Assembly (NCBI GenBank): GCA_951406725.2
Contig: OX597814.1
Location: forward strand, 173,166,001-173,230,000
DNA: 64,000 nt
From: Octopus vulgaris
Taxonomy: Eukaryota
Direction of reading: 5' to 3'
Below, in pieces: positions 14,369-26,806 of this stretch. The translations under genes were made by a program, and so were the position numbers. The first letter of the stretch is position 1; each line of letters opens with the position of its first letter. The notes under the pieces are model-generated. The model worked only from the letters and a program-made list of their open reading frames with translations, did no database searches and had not been told where the DNA came from.

Positions 14369-14600
14369 AGGCGGCGAGCTGGCAGAAACGTTAGCACACC
14401 GGGCGAAATGCTTAGCGGTATTTCGTCTGCCGTTACGTTCTGAGTTCAAATTCCGCCGGGGTCGACTTTGCCTTTCATCCTTTCGGGGTCGATAAATTAA
14501 GTACCAGTTACGCACTGGAGTCGATGTAATCGACTTAATCCATTTGTCTGTCCTTGTTTGTCCCCTCTATGTTTAGCCCCTTGTGGGCAATAAAGAAACA
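14369..14600 (+). mobile_element. SINE family A with ~17 bp TSD
   Basis: Full-length copy flanked by GATATT(C/T)CTGTATAAAT at 14351-14367 and 14601-14617. Confidence 0.9.
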
Positions 14601-15214
14601 GATATTTCTGTATAAATTCGCCTCGATTATGATAGTGAATAAGATGATGATGATGATACTGGGGATAGAGCCGATGACGCTGCTGCGCTGCTGCTGCCGT
14701 CTGTGCTGGTGCTGCTGCTGTTATTGAAGATACGTCGACGACGATGATGACAATGACCACGACGATGATGGCGACGGCGATGATGATGGTAGGTATGATG
14801 ATGAATGTTTGCCCTTATTTTCTTCTTGACTAGCCAGCCAGCCAGGCAGCCCTTCAGCTAGACTTTAATATTCATTCTAGAATCCCTTGCCCGAATAGCA
14901 AAAATGAAAGCAAACCAAAGTGAAATGAGAAGGCGGTAGTGCTGATTTATCGCCTCTTGTTTGTGGTTGTCACCACAGGTGGAATTGTCCTGTCTAAGCT
15001 AACTCAGTCATTTATTGCGTCACGTGAGGCATAAATCGCCAGTGACATGAAGTTATGGAGAGAAAGGGTGTATGTTTGTGTGTGTGTGTGTGCATGTGTG
15101 CTGCTGTGTGTGTGTGCATGCGTGTATATGAAAGTGTAAGACAAAGGAGAGAAAAGTAAGAGAAATAGTGTATATATACACATAGACATATATGTGTGTG
15201 TGTGTATGTCTCTA

Positions 15215-15287
<73 letters not shown>

Positions 15288-15303
15288 TATATATAATGTA
15301 TAC

Positions 15304-15375
<72 letters not shown>

Positions 15376-15971
15376 GGGGAGACAAAGAAGAGTAAAATAG
15401 GGAAAGTAGTAGAAAATAGGTTAGATACATGTATATGTGTATGTGTGCGCGTGTTCTTTTGTGTGTATGCGCGTGAGTGTTTCTCTCCCTATGTGTGTAT
15501 GTGTTGTTTTTCTTGTTGATGTTGCTGTCGATATTGCTGCTGCTGCCCCCTCCGAATGTTTATTTTATTTTATTTATTTATTTATTTATTTTATTTTCAG
15601 AAAGAATGAAAAACTGTAACTTAAAGAAAAGTGCTCAGTACATTGTTTTTGAGTGTCAGCATGAGATTTTTTTTTAAAGGAACCTTACTCATACTAGACT
15701 ATCCCAATTTATCTTTTTATTTTTATTTTTATTTCTATTACCGAGTTCAATGAATTAATTTCTCAACAAATACGTTTGATACAAAACGGAAGAATTACAA
15801 CTCAATTCACATTTACATATCCCCACATCATACCACGCCACACCACACACACACAAATATACATACATTTATGAACTTATGGCCTTGACTATTCATCAGT
15901 CAATGTAGGTCACAGAATTCTGTTATTTTGATAAATCGTATAATATAAAACTCTAGATCTTTGAGTCACAT

Positions 15972-16798
15972 ACTAGTTGGTATCTAAAAGGTCCCGGAAT
16001 TGTTCTGTAACGCGCTAGAAGATGACAACACACAGTTGCTTTCGTTGTGAGAGCTAGCAGTGACCTCCATGAAGCAGTGTGCCGAATGACATCGCTGTGG
16101 TTACTTCACAAGTTGTGAAATTTGTCTTTTTGTGATCACGTGTACGCTGCAGTTTGCGATTTTGTCATGAGCTGGAACAAAGATCCTGTGTGAAATTTTG
16201 CATTATACTTCAAAAGTCTGCTACAGAGACATTGACCATGCTTTGGGAAGCTTACGGTGACAAAGCAATAGGTCATACGCAATTTTACAAGTGGCACGAG
16301 TCCTTGAAAAACGGAAGAACGTCCCTGGAAGACGATGAGCGATCTGGAAGATATGCTACGAGCATCACTTCTAGAAGTGTGGTATTATGCATCGGGAAGG
16401 CACCCACCCCCAGGGTATGACCGTCAATCTACTGCGACGTTTTGAAGCGTTTAAAGGTGTACATTCGGCGAAAGCGACGGGATCTGTGGTGCTCGGAGAA
16501 ATGGCTTCTTCCCGCCAATACAACTGTCACCGCGCTCTCCTCACTCGTAATTTTCTCGCTAAAGAGAACATGGTATCGCTTTCGCGCGCGCCTTATTCGC
16601 CAGATTTTGCACCTGCAGACTTCTGTCTCTTCCCCACAATGAAAATGCAGCTTAAAGGTGACCATTTTAACACCCTCGTCGAGATCAGGAACGAAACATA
16701 GAAGGTTCTCGACTCGCTTACGGAATCTGATTTCCAGTCCGGATTCCAAATGTGGTTGAAACCCTGGGACTGGTGTAGCGCTGCGCAAGGTGACTATT
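15972..16798 (+). mobile_element. mariner-family transposon, internally deleted pseudogene
   Basis: The N-terminal HTH EQRSCVKFC...SATET...EAYGD...SLEDDERSGR joins to the C-terminal PYSPDFAPADFCLFPTMKMQLKG (YSPDLAPxD motif)...AQGDY. The left end is TIR-like; the right end is lost at a (TA)n. Confidence 0.85.
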
Positions 16799-16869
16799 TA
16801 TATATATATATATATTCCACGCGAAGGAATGAAATGTTAATTATGTCGGTAAAAAAAAAGGAAAACACC

Positions 16870-17690
16870 CTTGATGATGGGAAGGAGAAGAAATATATAT
16901 AGCATGAAGGAGCAATGTCCTAACGCAACATACATTTGCATGGTAAATTCTCTGTAGCAACAGATGATGTTTGGGGAGATAAAAACTAGAACTGAAGAGA
17001 GATTGGAGGAATGATTATGGTTGTACTGGATCAAGCGTTTGCGAACGAGAGATATCAGGAAAGTCATTGTCAAAGAGAATATTGACAGGAAGTGTTGGTA
17101 GAATGTACGGTGAAAGATAAAAAAGAAAAATGAGTACCAGAAAGAGTATAAGAACTGGAGGCATGGTAGGGTGGCGAATGTCTTGCATTGAGAAGTCTGT
17201 AAAAAGGACAATTTTCCTTTTTGGTATGATGTGTGGAAAGTGTTAAAGAATGAAAACACAAAGATCCTAAGGGACTGTAAATTGCAGACAGGTAAGGTCA
17301 TGGAACACTCTCGGCTCGACATCGATATCTTTTGCACAACATCTCGTGAATGTATAAAGGTGGATATAATATGCCCCTTTAATACCAGGGTCAAAAAGAA
17401 AAAAAACAGGAAAAGCTTGAAAATTACAATGATTTGAGATACGATATTGGACGGTTATGGGAGTGTAAAGGTAGTGTCATTTATCATCGGCGCGTTGGAT
17501 ACCGTAAGCAGAAATTTTGAAAACTTCAAGGAACTTCTTGGTTGTGACGTAGTCTTTTCCGTTATGCAGAAATCTTGCTTATTAGGAACAGCAAGAATTT
17601 TATGAAAGGTGCTAGATGCCTAAAGTCGCGGGATGTGACTTGCTGTCCAGCTGAATGAACCAGCATAGCATTAAAACTGAGAGATAAAAA
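16870..17690 (+). pseudogene. R4/Dong-clade LINE 3' region (decayed)
   Basis: Frameshifted motifs: LHGKF, DQA, EYKNWRHGRVANVLH, KVLKNENTKIL.D.KLQT.KVMEHSRLDI, VDIICPF, IIGAL.TV, MQKSCLLGTARIL. Confidence 0.8.
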
Positions 17691-17697
17691 CAACAAT

Positions 17698-18443
17698 GAT
17701 TTCAAATTTTGACACAAGACCAGCAATTTCAGGGGAGGGGCGAGGTGATTACATCCACCCCAGTACTCAATTGGTACGTATTTTATCGACCTCAAAAGTA
17801 TGAAAGATAACCTCGGCCTTGGCGAGAACGTAAACACGGACGAAATACCTATTTCTTTTCTGCCCACAAGGGGCTACACAGAGGTGACAAACAAGGACAG
17901 ACAAACGGATTAAGTCGATTACATCGATCACAGTGCGTAACTGGTACTTATTTAATCGACCCCGGATGAAAGCCAAAGTTGACCTCGGCAGAATTTGAAC
18001 TCAGAACGTAGCGGCAGACGAAATACCTACTTCTTTACTACCCACAAGGGGCTAAACACAGAGAGGACAAACAAGGACAGACAAGCGGATTAAGTCGATT
18101 ACATCGACCCCAGTGCATAACTGGTACTTAATTTATCGAGCCCGAAAGGATGAAAGGCAAAGTCGACCTCGGCGGAATTTGAACCCAGAACGTAACGGCA
18201 GACGAAATACCTATTTCTATTTCTTTACTACCCACAAGGGGCTAAACATAGAGGGAACGAACAAGGATAGAAAAACGGATTAAGTCGATTACATCGACCC
18301 CAGAGTTCAACTGGTACTTAATTTATCGAACCCGAAAGGATGAAAGGCAAAGTCGACCTCGGCGGAATTTGTACTCACAACGTAACGGCAGACGAAATAC
18401 CGTTAAGCATTTCGCCCGGCGTGCTAACGTTTCTGCCAGCTCG
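17698..18443 (-). mobile_element. SINE family A tetramer (one head, four bodies)
   Basis: Units are joined at GACGAAATACC|TA(T/C)TTC at 17849, 18027 and 18211. Confidence 0.85.
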
Positions 18444-18990
18444 TCACATTAAAATCAGTAAGAAGAATAAGAACAAGAATAAGGATAATAAGAATAAGAA
18501 TCTTATAAATTTTCCAGGTGTGAAGCGACATGGTGAGAAATCTGCTAAACAAGGTTGTGGGCAGAAGTGGAAAGTTACTCAACAAAAGCACTTCTTAACG
18601 TTCCCTCTGCACCGAAAGACATTTGCGTGGTACAAGTTTAACTACAGAGAAAACTCGTTAAAGGTATGTTACAGTTGCATGTGATCTGATACAGCTTCAC
18701 CTGTACCGGAAGTACCTTTTGGAAAACAACATGTTATGAAAACCTTGTATATGCGCGCGCGTGTGTGTCTCCGTGTGTGTGTGTGCGTGCTTGTGTTTAT
18801 ATGTATGTGTTTGTCTGCATATATCTCTCGCTGTCTGCCTTTTTCTATTCTTGTCTGTCTGGAGGGATGACTCGTTCTCTTCCTCTCTCACCACCTATCT
18901 CCCTTCTCTCTGTCCTCCTTTCACTTTTTCTCTAACTATTGTGTTTCTTCAAATTTATGTATATACAACTATATATATACATACACACGC

Positions 18991-19062
<72 letters not shown>

Positions 19063-19121
19063 GCATTTATATGCATGTCTGTTTATATATATGTGTGTGT
19101 GTGTATAAATGTATATACATG

Positions 19122-19159
<38 letters not shown>

Positions 19160-20009
19160 CACATGAATACACACACACGTATATATGTATATATATATAT
19201 GTATATATGTATATATATATATATATATGTACATACATATAGTTATATATATATGTGTGTGTGTGTATGTGTGTGTGTATGTGTGTGTGTGTGTATGTGT
19301 GTGTGTGTGTGTATGTATAAATGTTTCTTTTTATGTTTTAATGGAAACAATTCTCATTAAAATTGCAGAATTGCTCAATAGATTTGGTAGAGTAAATATT
19401 CATTATTCTTTAACAAGAATAGTATTGCAAGTGATTTCGAACTTTCGGCCAGCTATATCATCAATGTGATTGCTCAGCTGGCCGAAACTTTAAAGTCAAT
19501 GTCAATGCTGTTCTTCACACATATACATATATCTCTGTGTGTATGCGTGTACCTATAATGAGAGGAGCGGTAGATGAGAGACTGAGAGACTGATGAGAGG
19601 CCCGAATTTATAAACATTTATTGCATCGCTACACACATTTCCATTACATATATTCATGTGTGTGTGACCATCTCAGCTCCTGTTTTCTTGTTGCTACAAT
19701 TCAGAAATACAGTTGTTACTCAAGTCTCATGCCAACTAGTTGAATGTTCCACTCACAGAGCAACCTTGCAAGCACTTATTCTTTAGTCATTTTGGGATAT
19801 AACTCCTCTCGTGGGGTTTCTGTTAATACTCTGGTGTGTTTAAAGGGTCGTAACTTTTAATGTGTCGCATACATTATACAAGTTGGAGTTTTTTTTGCAA
19901 ATAATATTTTTTAGGTATGACATATATGAGTATAAAGAATTATCGAAATATTAATTTGTGACTATATCACTATATTGAAATATATAAAATTATGTATCAC
20001 CTTAGTAAT

Positions 20010-20416
20010 ACGTGGCTGTATGATAAGAATAAGAAACATGCTTCTCCACTACATAAGTCCGAAATCAGTCCCATAGTGTAACACATAGGACAAGTCTCTT
20101 CTACTATAGATTCGGTCCAGCCAAAGCCTTGTGAGTGGATTTGGTAGACGGAAACTGAAAGAATCCCGTCATGTGTGTGCGTGTGTCTGTGTGTATGTGT
20201 GTGTGTGTGAGTGTGTATGTTTATCTTTGTGTCTTTGTTTAGCACCCTCCACTGCTTGACAACCGACGTTGGTATGTTTACGTCCCCGTAACTTAATGCT
20301 TCAGCAAAAGAGACCGATAGAATAAGTACCAGTCTTTTTAATAAAATAAACACTGGGGTCAATGCATTCGCCAAAAATTCTTCAATGTGGTGCTCCCAAC
20401 ATGGCTGCAGTCAAAT

Positions 20417-20418
<2 letters not shown>
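20010..20418 (+). mobile_element. SINE family B, degenerate
   Basis: CAAAGCCTTGTGAGTGGATTTGGTAGACGGAAACTGAAAGAA and the downstream body match family B. Confidence 0.75.
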
Positions 20419-20503
<85 letters not shown>

Positions 20504-21544
20504 GGATAGATTGATAGATAGATAGATGTGTATAAGCGTTATGCGAAAAAGTGTAGAGACCTATTCAATGGGAAAGATATGTTAAAGTGCATAGTTTTAA
20601 ATTTGAATTTGTAACAGATGTGTTTAAAAGTGTGAAATAAAAAATAAAAGTTAAGGAATATAGGAGGTCAGAACAAATACAGAGTACTGTTTACAAGACT
20701 GTGCTAGATGGAATTTTTCACTGAAAAAGATGATACTTATGAAAGTGAATCCCCTTTTGAAGAACTATTCTCCAGTATTTAAGTAATTCGCAGTTATGTT
20801 CATGTTTATCTACATATCCATCTCTTTCCGTTACTATATGGTCTGCTTCGTTCTAAAATAAATTATATGATGTCACACTCAGTGTTTTGTTCATTCAGCT
20901 ACCATATGTAGTATGCAAGCGTAGTTGTAATTCTCTTGGTGTATCTCAACGACAGGTTAAGTTAAAAGGACGTTGTGTAAACTTGCCTTCAAACATTCCA
21001 ATATATGCATTTTTCTGCATGACCAACCTACAATTGAACATCTTATTTCGGGGACATGTGTTTGCATTTTAATAGAGTTCTGAGTAATAAAACCCTTCAT
21101 ATTGAAGAAACTACTGTAACTAATTTTCGACAGTTTTTATTGCAGATCTTCTCATAGTGGATATTGAAAGAGAAATATTTGTCTGCTAAAGCAAAGATCA
21201 TTTATCTATATTTGTCTTAAAGTTTATTGAAATTATAGAACCAATCGTGAAAGTTTATTTCTATGTTCCACTAAAAAAGCAGTTTTGAGACGTCAGCAGC
21301 ATTTGTAGTCTGAGTACGTACGAACAGGGATAATGAATACTGCAAGGTATTCTATCCAATATTGATACTGCTCAAAACAGTGTTTTGAAAAGCAAAATTA
21401 GAGTTAGTCAGAACTGAGTTCAATATTTAGTGCGAGTTTAATGTGCCTAAGTATATAGACAAATGATTGTCTATTTAAGGGAGCGAATTTGTGTATGCAT
21501 GCGATTACGTCTGCATATACATACATACATATATATATATATAT

Positions 21545-21708
21545 AGGCGCAGGAGTGGCTGTGTGGTAAGTAGCTTGTTTACCAACCACATGGCTCCGGG
21601 TTCAGTCCCACTGCGTGGCACCTTGGGCAAGTGTCTTCTACTATAGCCTCGGGCCACCAAAGCCTTGTGAGTGGATTGGTAGACGGAAACTGAAAGAATC
21701 CCGTCGTA

Positions 21709-21758
<50 letters not shown>

Positions 21759-21980
21759 TGTGTGTGTTTGTGTATCAGTGTTTGTCCCCCTAGCATTGCT
21801 TGACAACCGATGTTGGTGTGTTTATGTCCCCGTTACTTAGCGGTTCGGCAAAAGAGACCGATAGAATAAGTACTGGGTTTACAAAAGAATAAGTCCCGGG
21901 GTCGAGTTGCTCGATTAAAGGTGGTGCTCCAGCATGGCCGCAGTCAAATGACTGAAACAAGTAAAAGAGTAAAAGAAAAG
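21545..21980 (+). mobile_element. SINE family B, full length (CORE-like)
   Basis: Has the TGGCTGTGTGG A-box, GGTTCAGTCC B-box and CCTTGGGCAAGT CORE-like motif, plus an internal TA tract and a GTAAAAGA tail repeat. Confidence 0.85.
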
Positions 21981-21985
21981 AGAGA

Positions 21986-22037
<52 letters not shown>

Positions 22038-22513
22038 AGCGAGAAACAGACAAAGAGAAAGACAGACTAGCAGACAGACAGAGAATCCATAATATTGTTC
22101 CTTTTAAGAAATGCGGCGCTCTCTTGTGCATTTCTTGGAGTAGGGTAAGGACTTCATATACAGCCAATCTTATGATAAATAGTAAACAAAATGTTCGGAA
22201 ATCTCTCTTAAGATGCAATGCTAAACTGAAATCGAATTGATCTATTTGAAAAGTACCCATAATTGTTTAGGAATACATACAACTAATTGCCAATACTGGA
22301 GAAAAGTATGATGCAATAGAATAAGAGATTTTAGAGTCCTTACAATGACAAACAGTGAAGTAGCTTGAAAATGTAAAAATAAAACATGAATCCAACTTGT
22401 CACCAATTTTCTCCCATCAAGATGAGGACGAGCTGTATTTGTAAATCAAAAGCTGCTTTGACGTCAACTTGTAGACACGACCACTAGGGATTTGACTGAG
22501 TGAATGGCCATAC

Positions 22514-22544
<31 letters not shown>

Positions 22545-22752
22545 CATACATACATACATACATACATGCATACAAATATACATACATGCATACATACATG
22601 CATGCATGCATGCATACATACATATGCACACACATACATTGTGTGCATGTATTTGTGCATTTGTGCATTTGTATCTACAGTTATACATGTTGTTTGCATA
22701 TTGCACACCGCACTATGTCTGAGCTTACAGAATGTGTGAAGTTATGTGTATA

Positions 22753-23771
22753 TCTATACTAGCAGTATCGCCCGGCGTTGCTCGGGTTTGTAAGGGAAAT
22801 AACTATATAAGCATTTTTAGAGAGTTACTTCCCTTATAAATTCGGGCTTTCTTAGCCATTTTTGTTTTGGTGTCTTCAAGCCATGAAGTCGTTGTTCTAA
22901 AAGAACGCTGGTTTCCTTCACAACGCATTACGACGTTGATTTCTTTACACTCCCTTCCCCACAGCTTCACGAGGGAGGGAAGGGGGAGAAGCAAACAGGT
23001 GCAGCTGTGAGCGTGGACGCCAACTCCGCCGCCATCGACATACGATGCATTTTATGCATTAAAATGGAATAAAAAATGATGTTAAATTATTTTTAAAATC
23101 GTAGACTCATCGTTGACGCGCGCTAATAGTCAGACGGGCTCGATATGAATCACGACTATAAGATACCCGAATTTGGTTAAACTGCACCGCAAAATGTGGG
23201 AGTAGTTAGGAATCTAAATCGAAGGGGACAGACACTCACACAACTAGAGTTTTATATATATAGATATATAAAACTGTAGTTGTGTGACTGTCTGTCCCCT
23301 TCGATTTAGATTCCTAACTACTCCCACATTTTGCGGTGCAGTTTAACCAAATTCGGGTATCTTGTAGTCGTAATTCATATCGAGCCCGTCTGGCTATTAG
23401 CGCGCGTCTACGATAAGTCTACGATTTTAAAAATAATTTAACATCATTTTTTATTCCATTTTAATGCATAATTTTTCGTGTGTCGATGGCGGCGGAGTTG
23501 GCGTCCATGGTCACACCTGCACCCGTTTGCTTCTTCCCCTTCTTCCCTCCCTCGTGAAGCTGTGGGGAAGGGAGTGTAAGGAAATCAATGTCGTAAAGCG
23601 TTGTCAAGGAGACCAGCGTTCTTTTAGAACAACGACTTCATGGCTTGAAGACACCAAAACAGAAATGGCTAAGAAAGCCCGAATTGGCATCTATAAGGGA
23701 AGTAACTCTCTAAAAATGCTTATATAGTTATTTCCCTTACAAACCCGAGCAACGCCGGGCGATACTGCTAG
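22753..23771 (+). mobile_element. non-autonomous Helitron (outer copy, split after nt 6)
   Basis: A|TCTATA (22753-22758) resumes at 23265 as TATATAAAACTG. The 3' end is a CCCG-AGCAACGC-CGGG hairpin then CTAG|T at 23768-23772. Confidence 0.85.
22759..23264 (-). mobile_element. non-autonomous Helitron (inner copy, same family)
   Basis: The minus strand begins TCTATATATATAAAACTC and ends hairpin + CTAG. It is inserted between A and T with no TSD. Confidence 0.88.
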
Positions 23772-24012
23772 TATGAATATATGGGACGACAAATGAGCAG
23801 TCGTTAGGCCGCTAGATAAAATGTTTTGTAATATTCGTTTCGGCGCTCTGAGTTCAAATCCGATCAAGGCTACCTGTACCTATCATTTCTCGGGATTTTG
23901 TAAATCAAGCACAAGCTTGGTATTGGGGCCGAATCTTGTAACTCACTCTTATATTTCTCTCACTCATGACTTGTACTTGTAATTCAGAGATCTTTTCCTT
24001 GTATGTCTTAGA

Positions 24013-24211
24013 GGCACAAGGCCCGAAACTTTGTGGAAGGGGACAGTCGATTACATCGATTCCTGTGATCAACTTGTACTTATTTTATCGACCCCGAAAG
24101 GATGAAATGCAAAGTCGACCTCGGCGGAATTTGAACTCAGAACGTAAAGATGGACGAAAGGCCGCTAAGCATTTTGCCCAACGTGCTAACGATTCTGCCA
24201 GCTCGCCGCCT
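24013..24211 (-). mobile_element. SINE family A (alternative tail)
   Basis: Family A head and body with a GCACAAGGCCCGAAA-type tail. Confidence 0.8.
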
Positions 24212-24902
24212 TAATTCCGACTGATAATTGCGTTAAGAATACATTTGTCTGCAGAATACTCAGCCACTTACAGATAAATATTCACGGGCAGGAATTCAAT
24301 TGGTTAAAAAACTTAAAGTGTGTCGTCGAAACCGATGAGTACTCATCGCCATATTGTTATGCGTATAACTGTAGAATTGTGTGAGTACTTAAGTGTTTGT
24401 GTGCTAATATATCTGTGTTAATATGTATGTGTGAATTTACCTGCATATGTGTACGTGTGTTACGTGTGTTACGTGTGTTACGTGTGCGTGAGTGTGTATG
24501 CGTGTGTATGCATGGGTGAATGTTCTGTGTGTAACTGTGTGCGAGTGTGTGCGTATAACCTTGAAAGTTTGTGATGTCAGACACATTGGCAGTCGGCCGA
24601 ACAAATACGTACGCACAAACGACGCAGAAGCGAGTTGATGGGAAGTTTTCAATTCAGACACCATGTCACGTGCGTCAATCCACACCAGCCGTAAAGTGAC
24701 TTTAATATATGCAAATTATCGCCAGCTAATACACACACACGCCATCGTAGGCCAGAGTCTTGTCTGTCTTATGATAATCTTGTTGTCGCTTCTTTACGTC
24801 TAGTTTGGTTTGGTTTGGTTTGGTCTTGCGTTGCTTCCTGTCTTCTTATTGTCTTGTCGTTGGTGATGATGTTCACGTTACTGTTATTACCGCTTTTGTG
24901 TG

Positions 24903-24908
24903 AATGTA

Positions 24909-24950
<42 letters not shown>

Positions 24951-25128
24951 TATATGTATGAGGAGAGAAAATGTGTGTGTGTGCGTGTGTGTTTCTGTGT
25001 GTGTGTGTGTGTGTGTGAGTGTGTGTGTGAATGTATTTGTATGTGTGTGTGAATGTATATGTATATGTATGAGGAGAGAAAACGTGTTTGTGTGCGTGTG
25101 TTTATGTGTGTGTGTGTGTGTGCGTGCG

Positions 25129-25184
<56 letters not shown>

Positions 25185-25428
25185 TATTTGTATGTGTGTG
25201 TGTGAATGTATATGTATATGTATGAGGAGAGAAAACGTGTTTATGTGCGTGTGTTTATGTGTGTGTGCGTGCGTGTGTGTGTGTGTGTGTTTGTGTGTGC
25301 GTGTTTGTTTGTGTGTGTGTGCGTGTGCGTGTGTGTATGTGTGTGTGCGTGTGTGTGTGCGTGTGCATGCGTGTGTGTGTGCGTGCGTGTGTGTGTGCGT
25401 GTGTGTGTGTGTGCGTGTGTGTGTGTGT
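24903..25428. repeat. compound (TG)n minisatellite with three GAATGTATATGTATGAGGAGAGAAAA anchors
   Basis: The anchor recurs at ~24946, ~25051 and ~25205. Confidence 0.85.
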
Positions 25429-26026
25429 AGACGATAGATGATGGATGGCTGCATATGGTTAATGACAGGGAAAATGCTTCGTTGGAAAAATAAAAAAAAG
25501 AAAAACTCGCAACCGTTCGTTTTTATTTATTTACTTATTTTTCACATTTTAACTGATTCCAGGCAACTCATTCCTTTTGGAGGGAGAGTAAATGAGAAAG
25601 ACTGACTGGATTTAAAGAGAAAGGGGAGGGAGAGAGCGAGCGAGCAAGAAAGTGAAAAAGACAGGGAGGGGGAGAAATGCACACAAAAGAGACAAATACA
25701 ACGAGTAACCATAAGAGAGAGGCGGAGGAGGAGGAGGAGGAGGAGCAAGGTAGGACAAAGAAACAGTGACATGATGAGAAAGAGGAAGCGCGAAGGAGAG
25801 AAAGAAAGACAAAGAGATAAAGAGATAGAGAGTTAGAGAGACAGAGAGAAACAGAAAGAGACAGAGAAAGAGTGCGTGTGTGTGAGTGTGTGCGCGCGTG
25901 CGTGAAAGAGTTAGAGAGAGAGAGAAAGAGAAAGGGTAAGAAAAAGAGAGAGAAACAGTGTGAAGGCAGGGAAACAGTTAATGTGAAACAGAACAAAATC
26001 CAGTATTGGAAATTTACATCTACCGC

Positions 26027-26423
26027 TATCATCAACATCATCATTATCATCATCAACGTCACCACCACCATCATCATCCTCGTCATCACCACCACCATCA
26101 TCATCATCGTTATCATCATCACCACCATCATCATCATCATCACCACTACCATCATCATCATCATCATCATAATTATCATCATCATCATTATCATCATCAT
26201 CTTCATCATCATCGTCTACGTTTGTCGTCGTCTACGTTTGTCGTTGTCCACGTCAATAGCACCATCATCATCATTATCATCATCATCATCATTATCATTG
26301 TCATCATCATCGCCGTGGTCATTGTCGTCGTCGTGGTCATTGTCAAAAGCACTATCATCATCATCATCGTCTTAATCATCACCATCGTCACTATCAGCAT
26401 CATTATCATCATCATTATTATCA
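26027..26423. repeat. degenerate (CAT)n tract (similar tracts at 29127-29865, 30057-30175, 34446-34590)
   Basis: Directly visible; the source of the poly-I/H/S/M pseudo-ORFs. Confidence 0.95.
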
Positions 26424-26806
26424 TCGCCACAACACCGCTACCGCAATCACCACCTCTACCACTCACCTAAAAAGCTAGAACTAGCGCCACTAATCAGAGG
26501 CACCATTAACTTTCTCTAAATACAAGTGCAGCTGCTCCTGTTATCATAATTAACTGCATCCTACACAACCAAACCTCCGAACCCGTTGCTGTCGCCATGA
26601 CTGCATACACCGAACGAAACTATCCACTTATCTACTTACACGATCGAACTGCTTGGAAAATAAAAACAGCTGAACGTCCCTGAAATGAAATTCAGCCATC
26701 TTGAAAAACTTGGAAAAGGAATGAACATACTAGATAATATAATGGTAACAACAGAACAGTATGGTCATAGTTGGAGTGTCTCTAATTATAGTTCTTCTTA
26801 GTGTGA

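Noticed and set aside
17698-18443. CRISPR-like periodic array
   Set aside because: The units are ~180 bp SINE bodies with no unique spacers, no cas genes and a eukaryotic context.
22803-23727. Pair of similar ORFs (LLPLPSLVKLWGRECKEIN...) on opposite strands
   Set aside because: A by-product of the inverted Helitron pair, with no recognisable domain.
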